The position numbers and the translations under genes are program-made. A stretch of 64,000 nucleotides of DNA from an uncultured virus (IMG/VR IMGVR_UViG_3300007511_000013) (taxonomy: Duplodnaviria; Heunggongvirae; Uroviricota; Caudoviricetes). Below the pieces are notes generated by a model. It was not told the origin of the DNA and did not search any database. It was given only the letters and a program-made list of their open reading frames with translations. How positions within the stretch are numbered: the first letter of the stretch is position 1; each line of letters begins with the position of its first letter. Positions 27,483 to 37,132 of this stretch are shown here, piece by piece. The stretch is from the IMG/VR virus record IMGVR_UViG_3300007511_000013; one strand, 5' to 3'.

Positions 27483-30400
27483 TTAGGTGTGAGCCACCCA
27501 GTCAAAAGAAATATTTCCGTTTTCGTTGCTAGGACTGGGGCCTTCCCAGTCATAGCCGACGCCGACACGATCTAAGTCTTCCCAAGAAGAACCAGGGTTT
27601 GGGTAGCCACCCCCCGACGTTGATTCTAGCTGACCAGCATACGACCAGTTGACGCCATCTAAACTATAATACAAGAATGTAGTAGTTGAACCTGAGCGCT
27701 TTGTTAATAAAAATATATTCGCGCCCATGGGCTCGATGTCATTTACGGGATCTTCTCGTAGGAGCGTCCCATTAGGGTGGTAGTGCCTGAGTTTTAACTT
27801 ATATGTCACATTAGCGGAAGCGTCTTTGCCCACACAAAAGAAGGTGGTATTAGTTGTAGCACTTTCTAAGATGATCCCGGCCCACAAATCTTCTTCAATT
27901 GTTGCAATATCTAGCGAACATGCTATTACCCTATGATTATCTGCATTAAAACCGGTGTCGGCCTTATATATATGCTTGAGTATAGGAGTTCCGGCATTTC
28001 CCAAGGTTTCATCTATGTAAAGATATCCATTACCAGATGTATCTACCTTAAAAGCAGGAGACTCGTGAGTTTGCCAATCTGAGAGATTATCCTGCTTCCA
28101 ATGGTAGGTTCTCCTCTTTGTTACAACCCCGTAATTATCTAGCGTGTCTTCAAAGTAGGACGCGGGGCGGGGGACATCGAGGGGGTTTAAAAAGGACGTC
28201 AAAGTGTCGGGCGTTGCTGTACCAACTATGGTGCCAACGTCATCTTTGCCGCCACCTTTATTTGTATCTTCTATGACCAGGTTGCCATTCTCAATTGAAA
28301 TTACCGGGGGGAGAGTTCTGAATTCATCACGCCCCGATCCATCACTAATGGGGGGCAAGCTCAAGACATCGAAGCGGAAGGGCTTTATAATGTTGCCAAA
28401 GGGTAGGCGCTCATTCTCTCCAAGGGGTGCGGGCCTCCCAAATTCAGCAAAGTGAGATTTTAACCCATAGGAAGTCTGATAGCCGCCTGTGCCGAACTGA
28501 ACCCCCATGTCACTGATCCCGTGGTTGGGCACCCCATAAAGACCGCTGGTTGCACCCGTAGTAGAAAATTCTTGAAGGGCGAAGTCATCAAAGGAAACTT
28601 CAGGCAAGCCCGTCTTGGTTACCGAGGCAAACCTTGTTTTACCAAACCTATTGGCGCGCGATGCTACAAGATTTTTAGCATAGAAATTCATCAACTCCAC
28701 CGATGTTCCGGGGCCCGTATAGGAGGCGCTTGTAATTTCGCCCCTTGGGGGGAAGTTCCAGGGCGCAAAATTTTCATCAATATTGATAGTTTTCTTATAG
28801 ACCCCCGAGGCGGTTGCATCGCTAACCCAAGACTCTGGATACGACTCCCCATAACGCTTTACAGATTGAACAGGTATGGCAATCTTTCCAGTCCACCGAG
28901 TAGTATCATCATCCTTTATATTGTTGTGTATTGCTTCATATAGTTCAACTAAGTCATTGTAGTTCGCTATTCCGTCTGGGGCCGATATTGCATCGGTTGT
29001 TGGGTCAATGAAGACAACAAAGCGAAGAGGGTTGGCCAAGGTTGCTGTGCCCATCGTGAGCGACGCGGGATAATTATGCTCTGTGTTGTCTCCGTCATTG
29101 TGGAGAACCCCGAAAACTCCTCCTTCAAATGATGCCGTATCGATGGCGTTGTTATATTTTGATATAAATGGCGAGATGGAAGTTCCCAATATGGCCTCAG
29201 TATCATTAGATATGAGAGAAATATTGTCCATATTGCGAATAGATCTAACTTTCCCAATTTTAGTAAGATTCGACAGATAGGCAACCTCTATCTTTGAACT
29301 ATCAATATTGGTAACAGAAACAGCGACGGGATCAGTTAGGGTAAAGGTGTCGTTATCGGCCGAAGTGATAACACCGGAGGCGGGAGAAATAGATAGCAAA
29401 TCTGTCTTTCCACTATAGAGGGGCGCACCTGCGGCTTTTAAATTGTAGGCAGATACGACACCAGATTCATGGACACGATCAATGGATATAGAGCTGGAAT
29501 AGCCTTCGTCTAATTTAAGAACTGGGCCGTAATGAAAAGGAGTCCCTGCCGAGTCCGGGGCTAAGAAGTTATAGGGCTCCACCGGCAGTGTAGAAGTGAC
29601 ACCCGAGGCTCTAACGCAAGCAACCATTGGTGACGCGGAAAAAAAATGGGCAGCAGGATAGTAGTCAGGGCCTAAGTCAACTGCGGGGCCGGTACTAGCA
29701 AAGGTATTATCAGTAGGATCTACCCTGTATGGCGCTCCAATCAGCACCGTATTGAACTCTGAGTCAAATGCAATAGCCTTATTGGCAAAACCGGAATATC
29801 TTTTTGTATCAGGGGATCCAGAGTAACTCCCCCAGGGGGTAAAATGGCTATATTGACCAGAGAATACATATTTATTTTTATATCTTCCCGCCACCTTTTC
29901 ATATACAAACATCCCCATTGAAACATGAGGGGGGTTGGTCCCGGCGCCGACTGATTCAGAACATCCAGCTGCAATTATATCTCCAGAAGAAGACACTCTG
30001 ATGGAGTATCCAAGGGAGCGCAAATTACTCTTCATTGGTTTGTCTATTATTTGTGCGACTTCATACACACCCTGATCCAATTTTCGCTCTATAACATAAA
30101 TAGCCCCCTCACCAACAGGGGTGTTGGGTGTGCCTAGAGCGATAACAGATGCGTCCAAGTTACAATCAATGTAAATACCACCTGTTACACCCTCTATTGA
30201 TATATGATATTGAAGATCGGTAGAAAGGAAGGCGGATGATAAGCTCGATCTCTTATATATTCTTATCGCCTTAGTGGAAACTCCTGTCGTTATGGCTGTA
30301 ACCACGTAGAAACCATCACCAGAAATCTTTACCTGGCTTCGCTCCCAGGCTCCCGATGTTTGCAAAGATTCCGTAACTACAGCTGCCGCCATGCTCCAGC

Positions 30401-33400
30401 TCGGTGAAGTGTGGCGCTCAAAATAAAACCACCCCGGGCCTGGGGTCGGAGATGTAGTCCCCCTTCGAGTTGATACCATATGCTTTCCGTCATCTGATAT
30501 AGATATATCAAGTCCAATATTATCATGAGCCAACGCGGCCGGATGAGTTACACTGCCGAGAAAACTCCAATCATCCCCACTTCTTTCGTAAGTATGTATG
30601 GATCCCCCATTTAAAATTGTGCCCGATGACAAATCAATATTGGGTGAACCTATTGCTACCGTTGTTCCATCGCCACTTATTACAGCCGATGTTCCAAACT
30701 TATCATCGTCTCCCGGAGCGCTACTTAAGGTTGGAGTAAAAAACAAGGACCACTTATTGCCTGTTTTTTTATAAACATAAGCCGAAGGAGTTAAGGTGAT
30801 ATCATAATTGCGCTGGCCCGGGGCCCCAACAACCGCATATTTTCCATCATGTGAAAGATCAACGGCCTCCCCAAACTGGGTGCTCCTAACAGATGAGCCG
30901 ATATGGAAATTTACGCCAAAAGGATCTCCGGTCACCTGCTCTTCCCAGTCACTGCTAAATAAATTTACAAAAGTATCATCTCTTAATTCAGTGAAATCAA
31001 CATCTATAACGGGAACCGTTGTTGCAATCCCATATGCTCCCGCCGTGGGATTGGTGCCGGGGGTCGGAATATCTCCCCCGCCCCATTGCACATCTGTTAA
31101 TCCAGCGTGCCCACTGCCCGCAATATTAAGATAATTAGAAAGAGAATTTTTATAAGATAAAACAAATTCGGGACAAGCCGTTGCTGGATCATTTAAAAAA
31201 TATCTGCTAACGGAGATCTCCTGGGCGCCGGCACTAAAGATGGTGCTAATTTCACTGCCCAAAATATCGGGAGTTATAGTTGAAGATCCTAGTATACCTA
31301 TATTGTCATCTTCGACCTTGCCTAAAATTGCGCTGACTCCGGAAGCTGCAGAGCCATAAGCAAGCACAAAAACACCAGAGCCAGATATATCATCATAGAG
31401 GGACTCAATGTCAAGACAATTTATGGGACCTTCGTGAAAGATGTATTCATCGCCCCAATATGTGGGAGAGGAACCGTCCTGTTTAAAATTGAGCAGTTTT
31501 CCTCTGAACTCCGTAACATTTGCGTAAGATAGGGGTATCTCATCGTTCCAACCCCCCAAGCTTTTTCCGCTCTTACTTGGGGCGGGAATTGCAAGTGTGA
31601 GTGTCGTCGGCTTTCCAACATATTGATTCGGAAGATCACCCGGCTCTCTAAAACCCGCATCTGGAGCTTGCCAGGGGCCTGCACCTATCGCAACTATCGA
31701 GCCATCTTTATTGACATCAATGGCACGACCATAGTAGTTATTTTCTGCAGTAGACTCTGAGAAAAGTTTTTTGTTGAGCATAAAACGCCCTGTTTGCTCA
31801 TCCCAAACCTGTATGGCGCCGGCCCTAGATAGTAGCTCATGTGTTTCGCCCGGCTGACCAACTGTCACAATCTTTCCATCTGATGAAATCGAAACAGAAT
31901 GGCCAAAGTTAGAGTGACTGGCTCCGTCTATGTCATAGATTTTATCAAAAAGCTCCCACTTACTATCTGTTTCATTGTAATCGTAGATGTAGGCGGCGCC
32001 CTTGTTGTCATTTGTGGAAGATAAGCTTTCAAGGGGCGCACCAACAACTATTCTTTTCCCATTGGCAATTGAGACGGAATTTCCATGTCCAGTTGAGGTT
32101 CCAAATGTTGCAGAATGGCCACGGGCAGGATTAATAGTCGGATCAAAACCAGGTGGATTTGAAATCCGAAAACAACCTTCGAATAAAAAATCCTCCGCCC
32201 CCGGAGTTGCTCCAACTCTATCAATAATGGCAACTTGGTCACTATTTTTTGTTCCTACTATGACCTGCTCTCCGTCAGAAGAAATGTCAATAGAATGACC
32301 AAATCTCTGAAAAGAATTGGTGTCCAAAGATTGTGCCGCATATATTTTAGAAATGCTCGTGGAAGTCAATTCAGCATTCCAAACACCCAAATCTGACAAC
32401 TGGCCCTTAAAAAAACCGCCGGTCCCAGGAAAACCTCCTCCGGTCCAGTTTCCTCCCGCCCCAAGATATAAACCATTCCAATCCGCCGATGTCAGAGCAT
32501 GAGGCAGGGAGACCGCACCAGTACCCACGGTTTCCTCTGTGCCATCTAAGTATATCTTTGCTAGCCCGCTAGATAGTAAATAGGTAACTGCGCCATGATA
32601 CCACACTCCTGGCTGTATGGTGGTTGATCCTCGTATTTCGGAGCCGGTGGAGCTTGTTCCGGTCCTAAAACACAACCTATAATCTCCAGGGGTATCTCTG
32701 TCAGAAATGAGCATGGTTCTATTTTTCGGATCAAAACCACTATTGCCTATCATCGCTATCACCATATGGCTACTAACAGTTTCACACTTGAACCAGGAAG
32801 AGAATGTTAACTCGGCGGGGCCATTATTTGGAAACGAAACAAGAGAGAGATCTGAGCTTAGGCCCGAATGGTTTGAGTGAACATAATCATTTGCCCCATC
32901 GAAGTGTAACGAGTGGCAAGTTGGGCCGGACACACCTCCGTTGGAAACCCAGGTGGGCCCATTAACTAGGGTGCCATAATAATTGTTTGACGTAAGAGGA
33001 GATCCTACTGTGGTGTTTGAAGACCCAGACTCATAAGCCTGACGAGGCCCGCCGCCGGATGACCAACTAGTACCACCCCCATCATTAAATTTATAATAAG
33101 CCGTAGGAATTGGGTCCGAGGGGGGAGAACCAGATATGCTGGAAGCAACTTCTTCGCTAAGTCGGACCCAGGAACCACTAACTTTTCTCCAGTAGTCAAA
33201 GCCCCCCAATTCTTTTGCCTCTGTAGCAGAAAGATGTCTCCTGAAGGGGGCTCCTAAAACTATCCTTTCTCCGGAATCATCTATGGCTACTGACCACCCG
33301 AGTTGGCCACCAAAATTGGTACTAAAACAATAGCCATTACCTAGCTCGCCCTCTAATGACCACGGTCGCCCGGCATAAAGACTGGTGGGGGCAACTAGCT

Positions 33401-36400
33401 CCAGTGAAGCCCCAAAGGTGTGACCTATATACCCCGGGGCCGACAACAACAAGTAATCATCAAATTCGGACCACCCGTTTGGAAATTCTCCCTCTTCTAA
33501 TTGGCTTCCATACACAATAATATCCCCAAGAGAAGACGTGGAAGTACTTGCAGGAAATAAAAACCATTCACAATTATTGTTGGTGGAAATAGTAGATCCA
33601 GAATATGTTACTGCAACCCTGTACCAACCACTCCCAACTGGCTTAGGAGTATGTATTGTGGGAACTTCTCCAGACGTATTGGTTAAAATTGGGACGCCGG
33701 AAGACCACGTAATATCAACATCACTTGTAGCCGTAACTGTACTAGAAATTTTAAAATCGAAGGTAAACTTTGATTTAATTGATGTGCCTTCCTTAACAAA
33801 CAATGAAAAAGTATATGGACTATTTGCCGCAAGGAAGGCTCCGCCGTTTCCAGTAGACATCCCCTCTGTCAAGGAGGCGTCATCATCTCCTATGCTCCAC
33901 GCTCCGGTAATACCAGGGACACCGCCAGGAGGATTTCCAAAGGGATCATTTTGATTATGCAAAATTACCGGAGTTCCAGCTATCGTGCGCCAACGAGTAA
34001 TTATCCCCATATCCCAACGATTACTATCCAAAAGGATATTTGTTGCACTAACACTTCTTTTATAGACATATCCACGCCCCACCTTGGAGGGGTTTGCTAA
34101 TCCAGTGGAAACCTTGTAGCCTGGAGACCCAACGACTATAGTGTCACCATCACCATCAATATCTACATCAAAACCAAAGTGATCACCAAGAATAGCTGTC
34201 GGTGCAAAAAGCGTCCGATCCAACTCCCAAGAAGACCCGACCTTATCATAGATGTGAATTGCGCCGCTATTTTCTTCAAGTCCCGATGCCGCCGTCATTG
34301 GTGCACCCACAACCATTGTGGTTCCACTGGCTGCGACCGCCACCGAGTAACCATCACCATACCCTTGAGGGCCCGCGTAGGTTTGTTTTGCCGAGGTAGC
34401 GTGCCCTAAGTATTCTGAAGGGTAATCAATAATATTTCCAGAAACCACCTCTTCTACTTGTGCACCATAAAATAATACAGATTCAGTTTTTAAAGTTCCA
34501 GGGAGCGAAGGATATATGGATAATTGAGCAGCCGTATTGTCAACATTTGCAAAGGTAAAGGCGACCCTATACCACCCTTGACCAACCTCCTGTATCGGAT
34601 GTGGAGTATTGGTCCCAAGAACTGTGGTAATGGTCGGACTAGGCGAAGCGTTTAAAACCACTCCAATCAAATGATTAGTTGGAGAAGGTCCAGATAGAGC
34701 AATCGAAAAGGAGCAAGTATGTATACCTGGCGGAACCTGAACGCCCTCTTTAACATAAAATGAACATGTATAAGACTTTCCAGCAGAGATAGAAAAGCTT
34801 TGATTTACCCCGTCAGGCGTACCGGCACCGGATGTATTATTTTTTATCAGAGTTGCTTCAAATGGTGCGCCGAACGGACCCGCATAAGACTTTGTTATGG
34901 TTGGGGCTCCGGACGATGTCCAGTTGGATGTGCTAAAATCATTGCTATCAAGTAAAAGATTCTTGTAGGCAACCTCGTCTGATGCCGTGGTCTGGGTCGC
35001 TATTGTCTCGTAGGCAATTATTCCCGAGCCTCCGGGCAAGCTTGCCATTGACATATTCTGAACATTGTGAGCATCAAAGCAATATGATGTTCCCATGTCT
35101 GCGGTAGATAATATACCGCTAGATGATAATGGGTGTCCGGGCACCGTAAGGGAACCATCGAAATATTCGTAGGGCTTAATAAGATAGGTAGGATCTAAGA
35201 AGTCAATTTGAGAATTTATATTTTCATTAAAGATTCCACTGACGAAAGGGTTGGAAGACAAACTAACATCTCTCAGGAGTGCTTCGCCAGGGATCTTTCC
35301 AAATTGGCAAACTACCGTGCCGGGCTCATAAGTTAAGAAGGGGCTTTCTGCCGCCCTTGGATCCTTGGTAAAGTTGTCCACAGTCATCAAGTTTACAGGT
35401 ACATACTGGTGCCCCTTGGAAGCATCCACATTCCAGCGGTCGAATTCATCTGGCGACTCCGACCCATCTTTTCCGTGGGCCGTATAGGCTGGCAGAACTG
35501 CGTAGGCACCAACCCTGGTGTCTTCTTTTATGAAGGGTGCGAGGGGCTGATAGTCCGGATCTATGGCATAATTGGGACCGAAGGAGAGGCCGGAAGGCAA
35601 TTGATTCTCCACGTTGCCCCAGGCTGCATCGGTCGTGGCAAATAGGCCATAATCCTTGTCGATAAGGATGCCTTCTGCTGCATATACGCGACCATAGAAG
35701 TTGTCAGCAATATTCTTAACCTTCTCATACCACTCCATGATCCAGTTTTGATTCTGACTTTTCTTAGAAGGTATGTATTTTTTTCCACTATAATAATTGG
35801 TGAGGGCAATCTGCTCTAACACGAGAGCCTTGTTGGAAGCACTCAAGGAGTCAAGATTAGTCTGAGTTCCGCCCAAGGTGGGAAACCCCTCGGTGATGTC
35901 ACCGCCCGCAACTATAAGATCAATAATGGCTTGATCGACAAATTTATCGTCTATGCGGGACTGGAAATTGGGATCTTGTGCGGCCAAAAAGCCGGCATCC
36001 GAAGCAAAGCCCAGAGTCGTCTGATGCTTCTTGAAGACAGACCAATAGTCGAACCCCTTCATGGCGAGGGGCAATTCTCTTTCCGGCGGTATATAGGTGC
36101 GATAAATACCGGCCGAATCATAGAAGCCCACCGTAAGGCTATCCCAAGCTTTTACAAACTTGATGCCCGAGGGGGTGGGCAGACCATCTATGGGGGAGAG
36201 CAAGTCACTGTCTATGAAACCTTCCTGGCGCGCCCCAAGGATCCCCACATAGTCATCGGCATCCGTCTCATCGACGCCCCAGCGAACATTCGTTGTGTAG
36301 CCACTGCTATTTGGAATGGGAATATTATCTTCAGTAATTTGGAAATCTACCGCCCTATTTACAATTGCTACGCGCTCGCCTTCCAGCAGCCAATACCAAT

Positions 36401-37094
36401 CAAAGCCCAAATCATTAAGTACCGTGGTTAGCACGCTCCTAAGGGAGGAGCCATCGAACTTCCAGCGGAACAAGTCCAAACTGACGTTAAGGCCGCTGGC
36501 CGTTATAGGCAGATTGCTCTCTACTATGCTGGCCTCTGGAAAGAGGTTTTCGGGATCGAAGCCCAGGCCGCTGACATAGGGGGAGTTGATGATTGTGGAG
36601 CGCAGATCCTCGTAGAGGGCACCCTCTTCATTGTTCTGGACGTAGCGGCGATCTTCACTAGTTAGGGCACCGGGAACTGATTCTCGCAGGTAGGAACCTA
36701 CCGACAAAATTCCTCTACCATCTAGGGTGGTCAGCCCCCCTTGGTCCTCCGTAAAGATTGATACATTGTCAAGATCCTTGCGGCGGTCCTGCAAACTAAT
36801 GGTGGCCGTGGTGCCGCTCATCGTATCGGAGTATTCCACATGGGTGACGCGCCCCGCCACCGTAAAGAAGTCGGGACCTATGTAGAACTTTGCCGCCGTG
36901 CCGATTTCGGGCAACGTGTCGAGGGAACCGCCAAAGCTATCTTGCACAACATCGATGTCAAAAGTATGAGGACTATCATTGAAGCCAAACTTAGCATTCA
37001 TGCCGGCGAAGTATCCGGGAATAGTTATGCCAAAACCGCTTCCGGGTGGAACTCCAGCGCTGGCACCTGCTACAGATATACTATATGCGTTCAT
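27483..37094 (-). CDS. Giant tail-tip/adhesin protein (hub-like N-terminus, FG-GAP propeller repeats, LamG domain, two fibre-type modules, C-terminal lectin-like domain)
   Basis: Many FG.SV.IS.DG...VVGAP...GA.Y.Y blades; LamG (AYYKFND...LHFDG...WYHGAVTY...KIYLDG...FKGQLSDLGVWNAELT); lies downstream of the tape measure. Confidence 0.8.
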   Translation of the reverse strand: MNAYSISVAGASAGVPPGSGFGITIPGYFAGMNAKFGFNDSPHTFDIDVVQDSFGGSLDTLPEIGTAAKFYIGPDFFTVAGRVTHVEYSDTMSGTTATISLQDRRKDLDNVSIFTEDQGGLTTLDGRGILSVGSYLRESVPGALTSEDRRYVQNNEEGALYEDLRSTIINSPYVSGLGFDPENLFPEASIVESNLPITASGLNVSLDLFRWKFDGSSLRSVLTTVLNDLGFDWYWLLEGERVAIVNRAVDFQITEDNIPIPNSSGYTTNVRWGVDETDADDYVGILGARQEGFIDSDLLSPIDGLPTPSGIKFVKAWDSLTVGFYDSAGIYRTYIPPERELPLAMKGFDYWSVFKKHQTTLGFASDAGFLAAQDPNFQSRIDDKFVDQAIIDLIVAGGDITEGFPTLGGTQTNLDSLSASNKALVLEQIALTNYYSGKKYIPSKKSQNQNWIMEWYEKVKNIADNFYGRVYAAEGILIDKDYGLFATTDAAWGNVENQLPSGLSFGPNYAIDPDYQPLAPFIKEDTRVGAYAVLPAYTAHGKDGSESPDEFDRWNVDASKGHQYVPVNLMTVDNFTKDPRAAESPFLTYEPGTVVCQFGKIPGEALLRDVSLSSNPFVSGIFNENINSQIDFLDPTYLIKPYEYFDGSLTVPGHPLSSSGILSTADMGTSYCFDAHNVQNMSMASLPGGSGIIAYETIATQTTASDEVAYKNLLLDSNDFSTSNWTSSGAPTITKSYAGPFGAPFEATLIKNNTSGAGTPDGVNQSFSISAGKSYTCSFYVKEGVQVPPGIHTCSFSIALSGPSPTNHLIGVVLNASPSPTITTVLGTNTPHPIQEVGQGWYRVAFTFANVDNTAAQLSIYPSLPGTLKTESVLFYGAQVEEVVSGNIIDYPSEYLGHATSAKQTYAGPQGYGDGYSVAVAASGTTMVVGAPMTAASGLEENSGAIHIYDKVGSSWELDRTLFAPTAILGDHFGFDVDIDGDGDTIVVGSPGYKVSTGLANPSKVGRGYVYKRSVSATNILLDSNRWDMGIITRWRTIAGTPVILHNQNDPFGNPPGGVPGITGAWSIGDDDASLTEGMSTGNGGAFLAANSPYTFSLFVKEGTSIKSKFTFDFKISSTVTATSDVDITWSSGVPILTNTSGEVPTIHTPKPVGSGWYRVAVTYSGSTISTNNNCEWFLFPASTSTSSLGDIIVYGSQLEEGEFPNGWSEFDDYLLLSAPGYIGHTFGASLELVAPTSLYAGRPWSLEGELGNGYCFSTNFGGQLGWSVAIDDSGERIVLGAPFRRHLSATEAKELGGFDYWRKVSGSWVRLSEEVASSISGSPPSDPIPTAYYKFNDGGGTSWSSGGGPRQAYESGSSNTTVGSPLTSNNYYGTLVNGPTWVSNGGVSGPTCHSLHFDGANDYVHSNHSGLSSDLSLVSFPNNGPAELTFSSWFKCETVSSHMVIAMIGNSGFDPKNRTMLISDRDTPGDYRLCFRTGTSSTGSEIRGSTTIQPGVWYHGAVTYLLSSGLAKIYLDGTEETVGTGAVSLPHALTSADWNGLYLGAGGNWTGGGFPGTGGFFKGQLSDLGVWNAELTSTSISKIYAAQSLDTNSFQRFGHSIDISSDGEQVIVGTKNSDQVAIIDRVGATPGAEDFLFEGCFRISNPPGFDPTINPARGHSATFGTSTGHGNSVSIANGKRIVVGAPLESLSSTNDNKGAAYIYDYNETDSKWELFDKIYDIDGASHSNFGHSVSISSDGKIVTVGQPGETHELLSRAGAIQVWDEQTGRFMLNKKLFSESTAENNYYGRAIDVNKDGSIVAIGAGPWQAPDAGFREPGDLPNQYVGKPTTLTLAIPAPSKSGKSLGGWNDEIPLSYANVTEFRGKLLNFKQDGSSPTYWGDEYIFHEGPINCLDIESLYDDISGSGVFVLAYGSAASGVSAILGKVEDDNIGILGSSTITPDILGSEISTIFSAGAQEISVSRYFLNDPATACPEFVLSYKNSLSNYLNIAGSGHAGLTDVQWGGGDIPTPGTNPTAGAYGIATTVPVIDVDFTELRDDTFVNLFSSDWEEQVTGDPFGVNFHIGSSVRSTQFGEAVDLSHDGKYAVVGAPGQRNYDITLTPSAYVYKKTGNKWSLFFTPTLSSAPGDDDKFGTSAVISGDGTTVAIGSPNIDLSSGTILNGGSIHTYERSGDDWSFLGSVTHPAALAHDNIGLDISISDDGKHMVSTRRGTTSPTPGPGWFYFERHTSPSWSMAAAVVTESLQTSGAWERSQVKISGDGFYVVTAITTGVSTKAIRIYKRSSLSSAFLSTDLQYHISIEGVTGGIYIDCNLDASVIALGTPNTPVGEGAIYVIERKLDQGVYEVAQIIDKPMKSNLRSLGYSIRVSSSGDIIAAGCSESVGAGTNPPHVSMGMFVYEKVAGRYKNKYVFSGQYSHFTPWGSYSGSPDTKRYSGFANKAIAFDSEFNTVLIGAPYRVDPTDNTFASTGPAVDLGPDYYPAAHFFSASPMVACVRASGVTSTLPVEPYNFLAPDSAGTPFHYGPVLKLDEGYSSSISIDRVHESGVVSAYNLKAAGAPLYSGKTDLLSISPASGVITSADNDTFTLTDPVAVSVTNIDSSKIEVAYLSNLTKIGKVRSIRNMDNISLISNDTEAILGTSISPFISKYNNAIDTASFEGGVFGVLHNDGDNTEHNYPASLTMGTATLANPLRFVVFIDPTTDAISAPDGIANYNDLVELYEAIHNNIKDDDTTRWTGKIAIPVQSVKRYGESYPESWVSDATASGVYKKTINIDENFAPWNFPPRGEITSASYTGPGTSVELMNFYAKNLVASRANRFGKTRFASVTKTGLPEVSFDDFALQEFSTTGATSGLYGVPNHGISDMGVQFGTGGYQTSYGLKSHFAEFGRPAPLGENERLPFGNIIKPFRFDVLSLPPISDGSGRDEFRTLPPVISIENGNLVIEDTNKGGGKDDVGTIVGTATPDTLTSFLNPLDVPRPASYFEDTLDNYGVVTKRRTYHWKQDNLSDWQTHESPAFKVDTSGNGYLYIDETLGNAGTPILKHIYKADTGFNADNHRVIACSLDIATIEEDLWAGIILESATTNTTFFCVGKDASANVTYKLKLRHYHPNGTLLREDPVNDIEPMGANIFLLTKRSGSTTTFLYYSLDGVNWSYAGQLESTSGGGYPNPGSSWEDLDRVGVGYDWEGPSPSNENGNISFDWVAHT

Positions 37095-37119
37095 ATCTCC
37101 ACTCTTCTAAGATTACAAC

Positions 37120-37129
37120 TATAATACAC
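37120..37129 (-). promoter_or_regulatory. Phage promoter-like motif GTGTATTATA
   Basis: 26 nt upstream of the giant gene; same TAG-CGG-GTGTAYTATA context as at 55841. Confidence 0.65.
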
Positions 37130-37132
37130 CCG

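Noticed and set aside
26034..28100. Diversity-generating retroelement acting on the repeated C-terminal domains
   Set aside because: Copies are diverged throughout, not near-identical with adenine-only differences, and no reverse transcriptase is in the window
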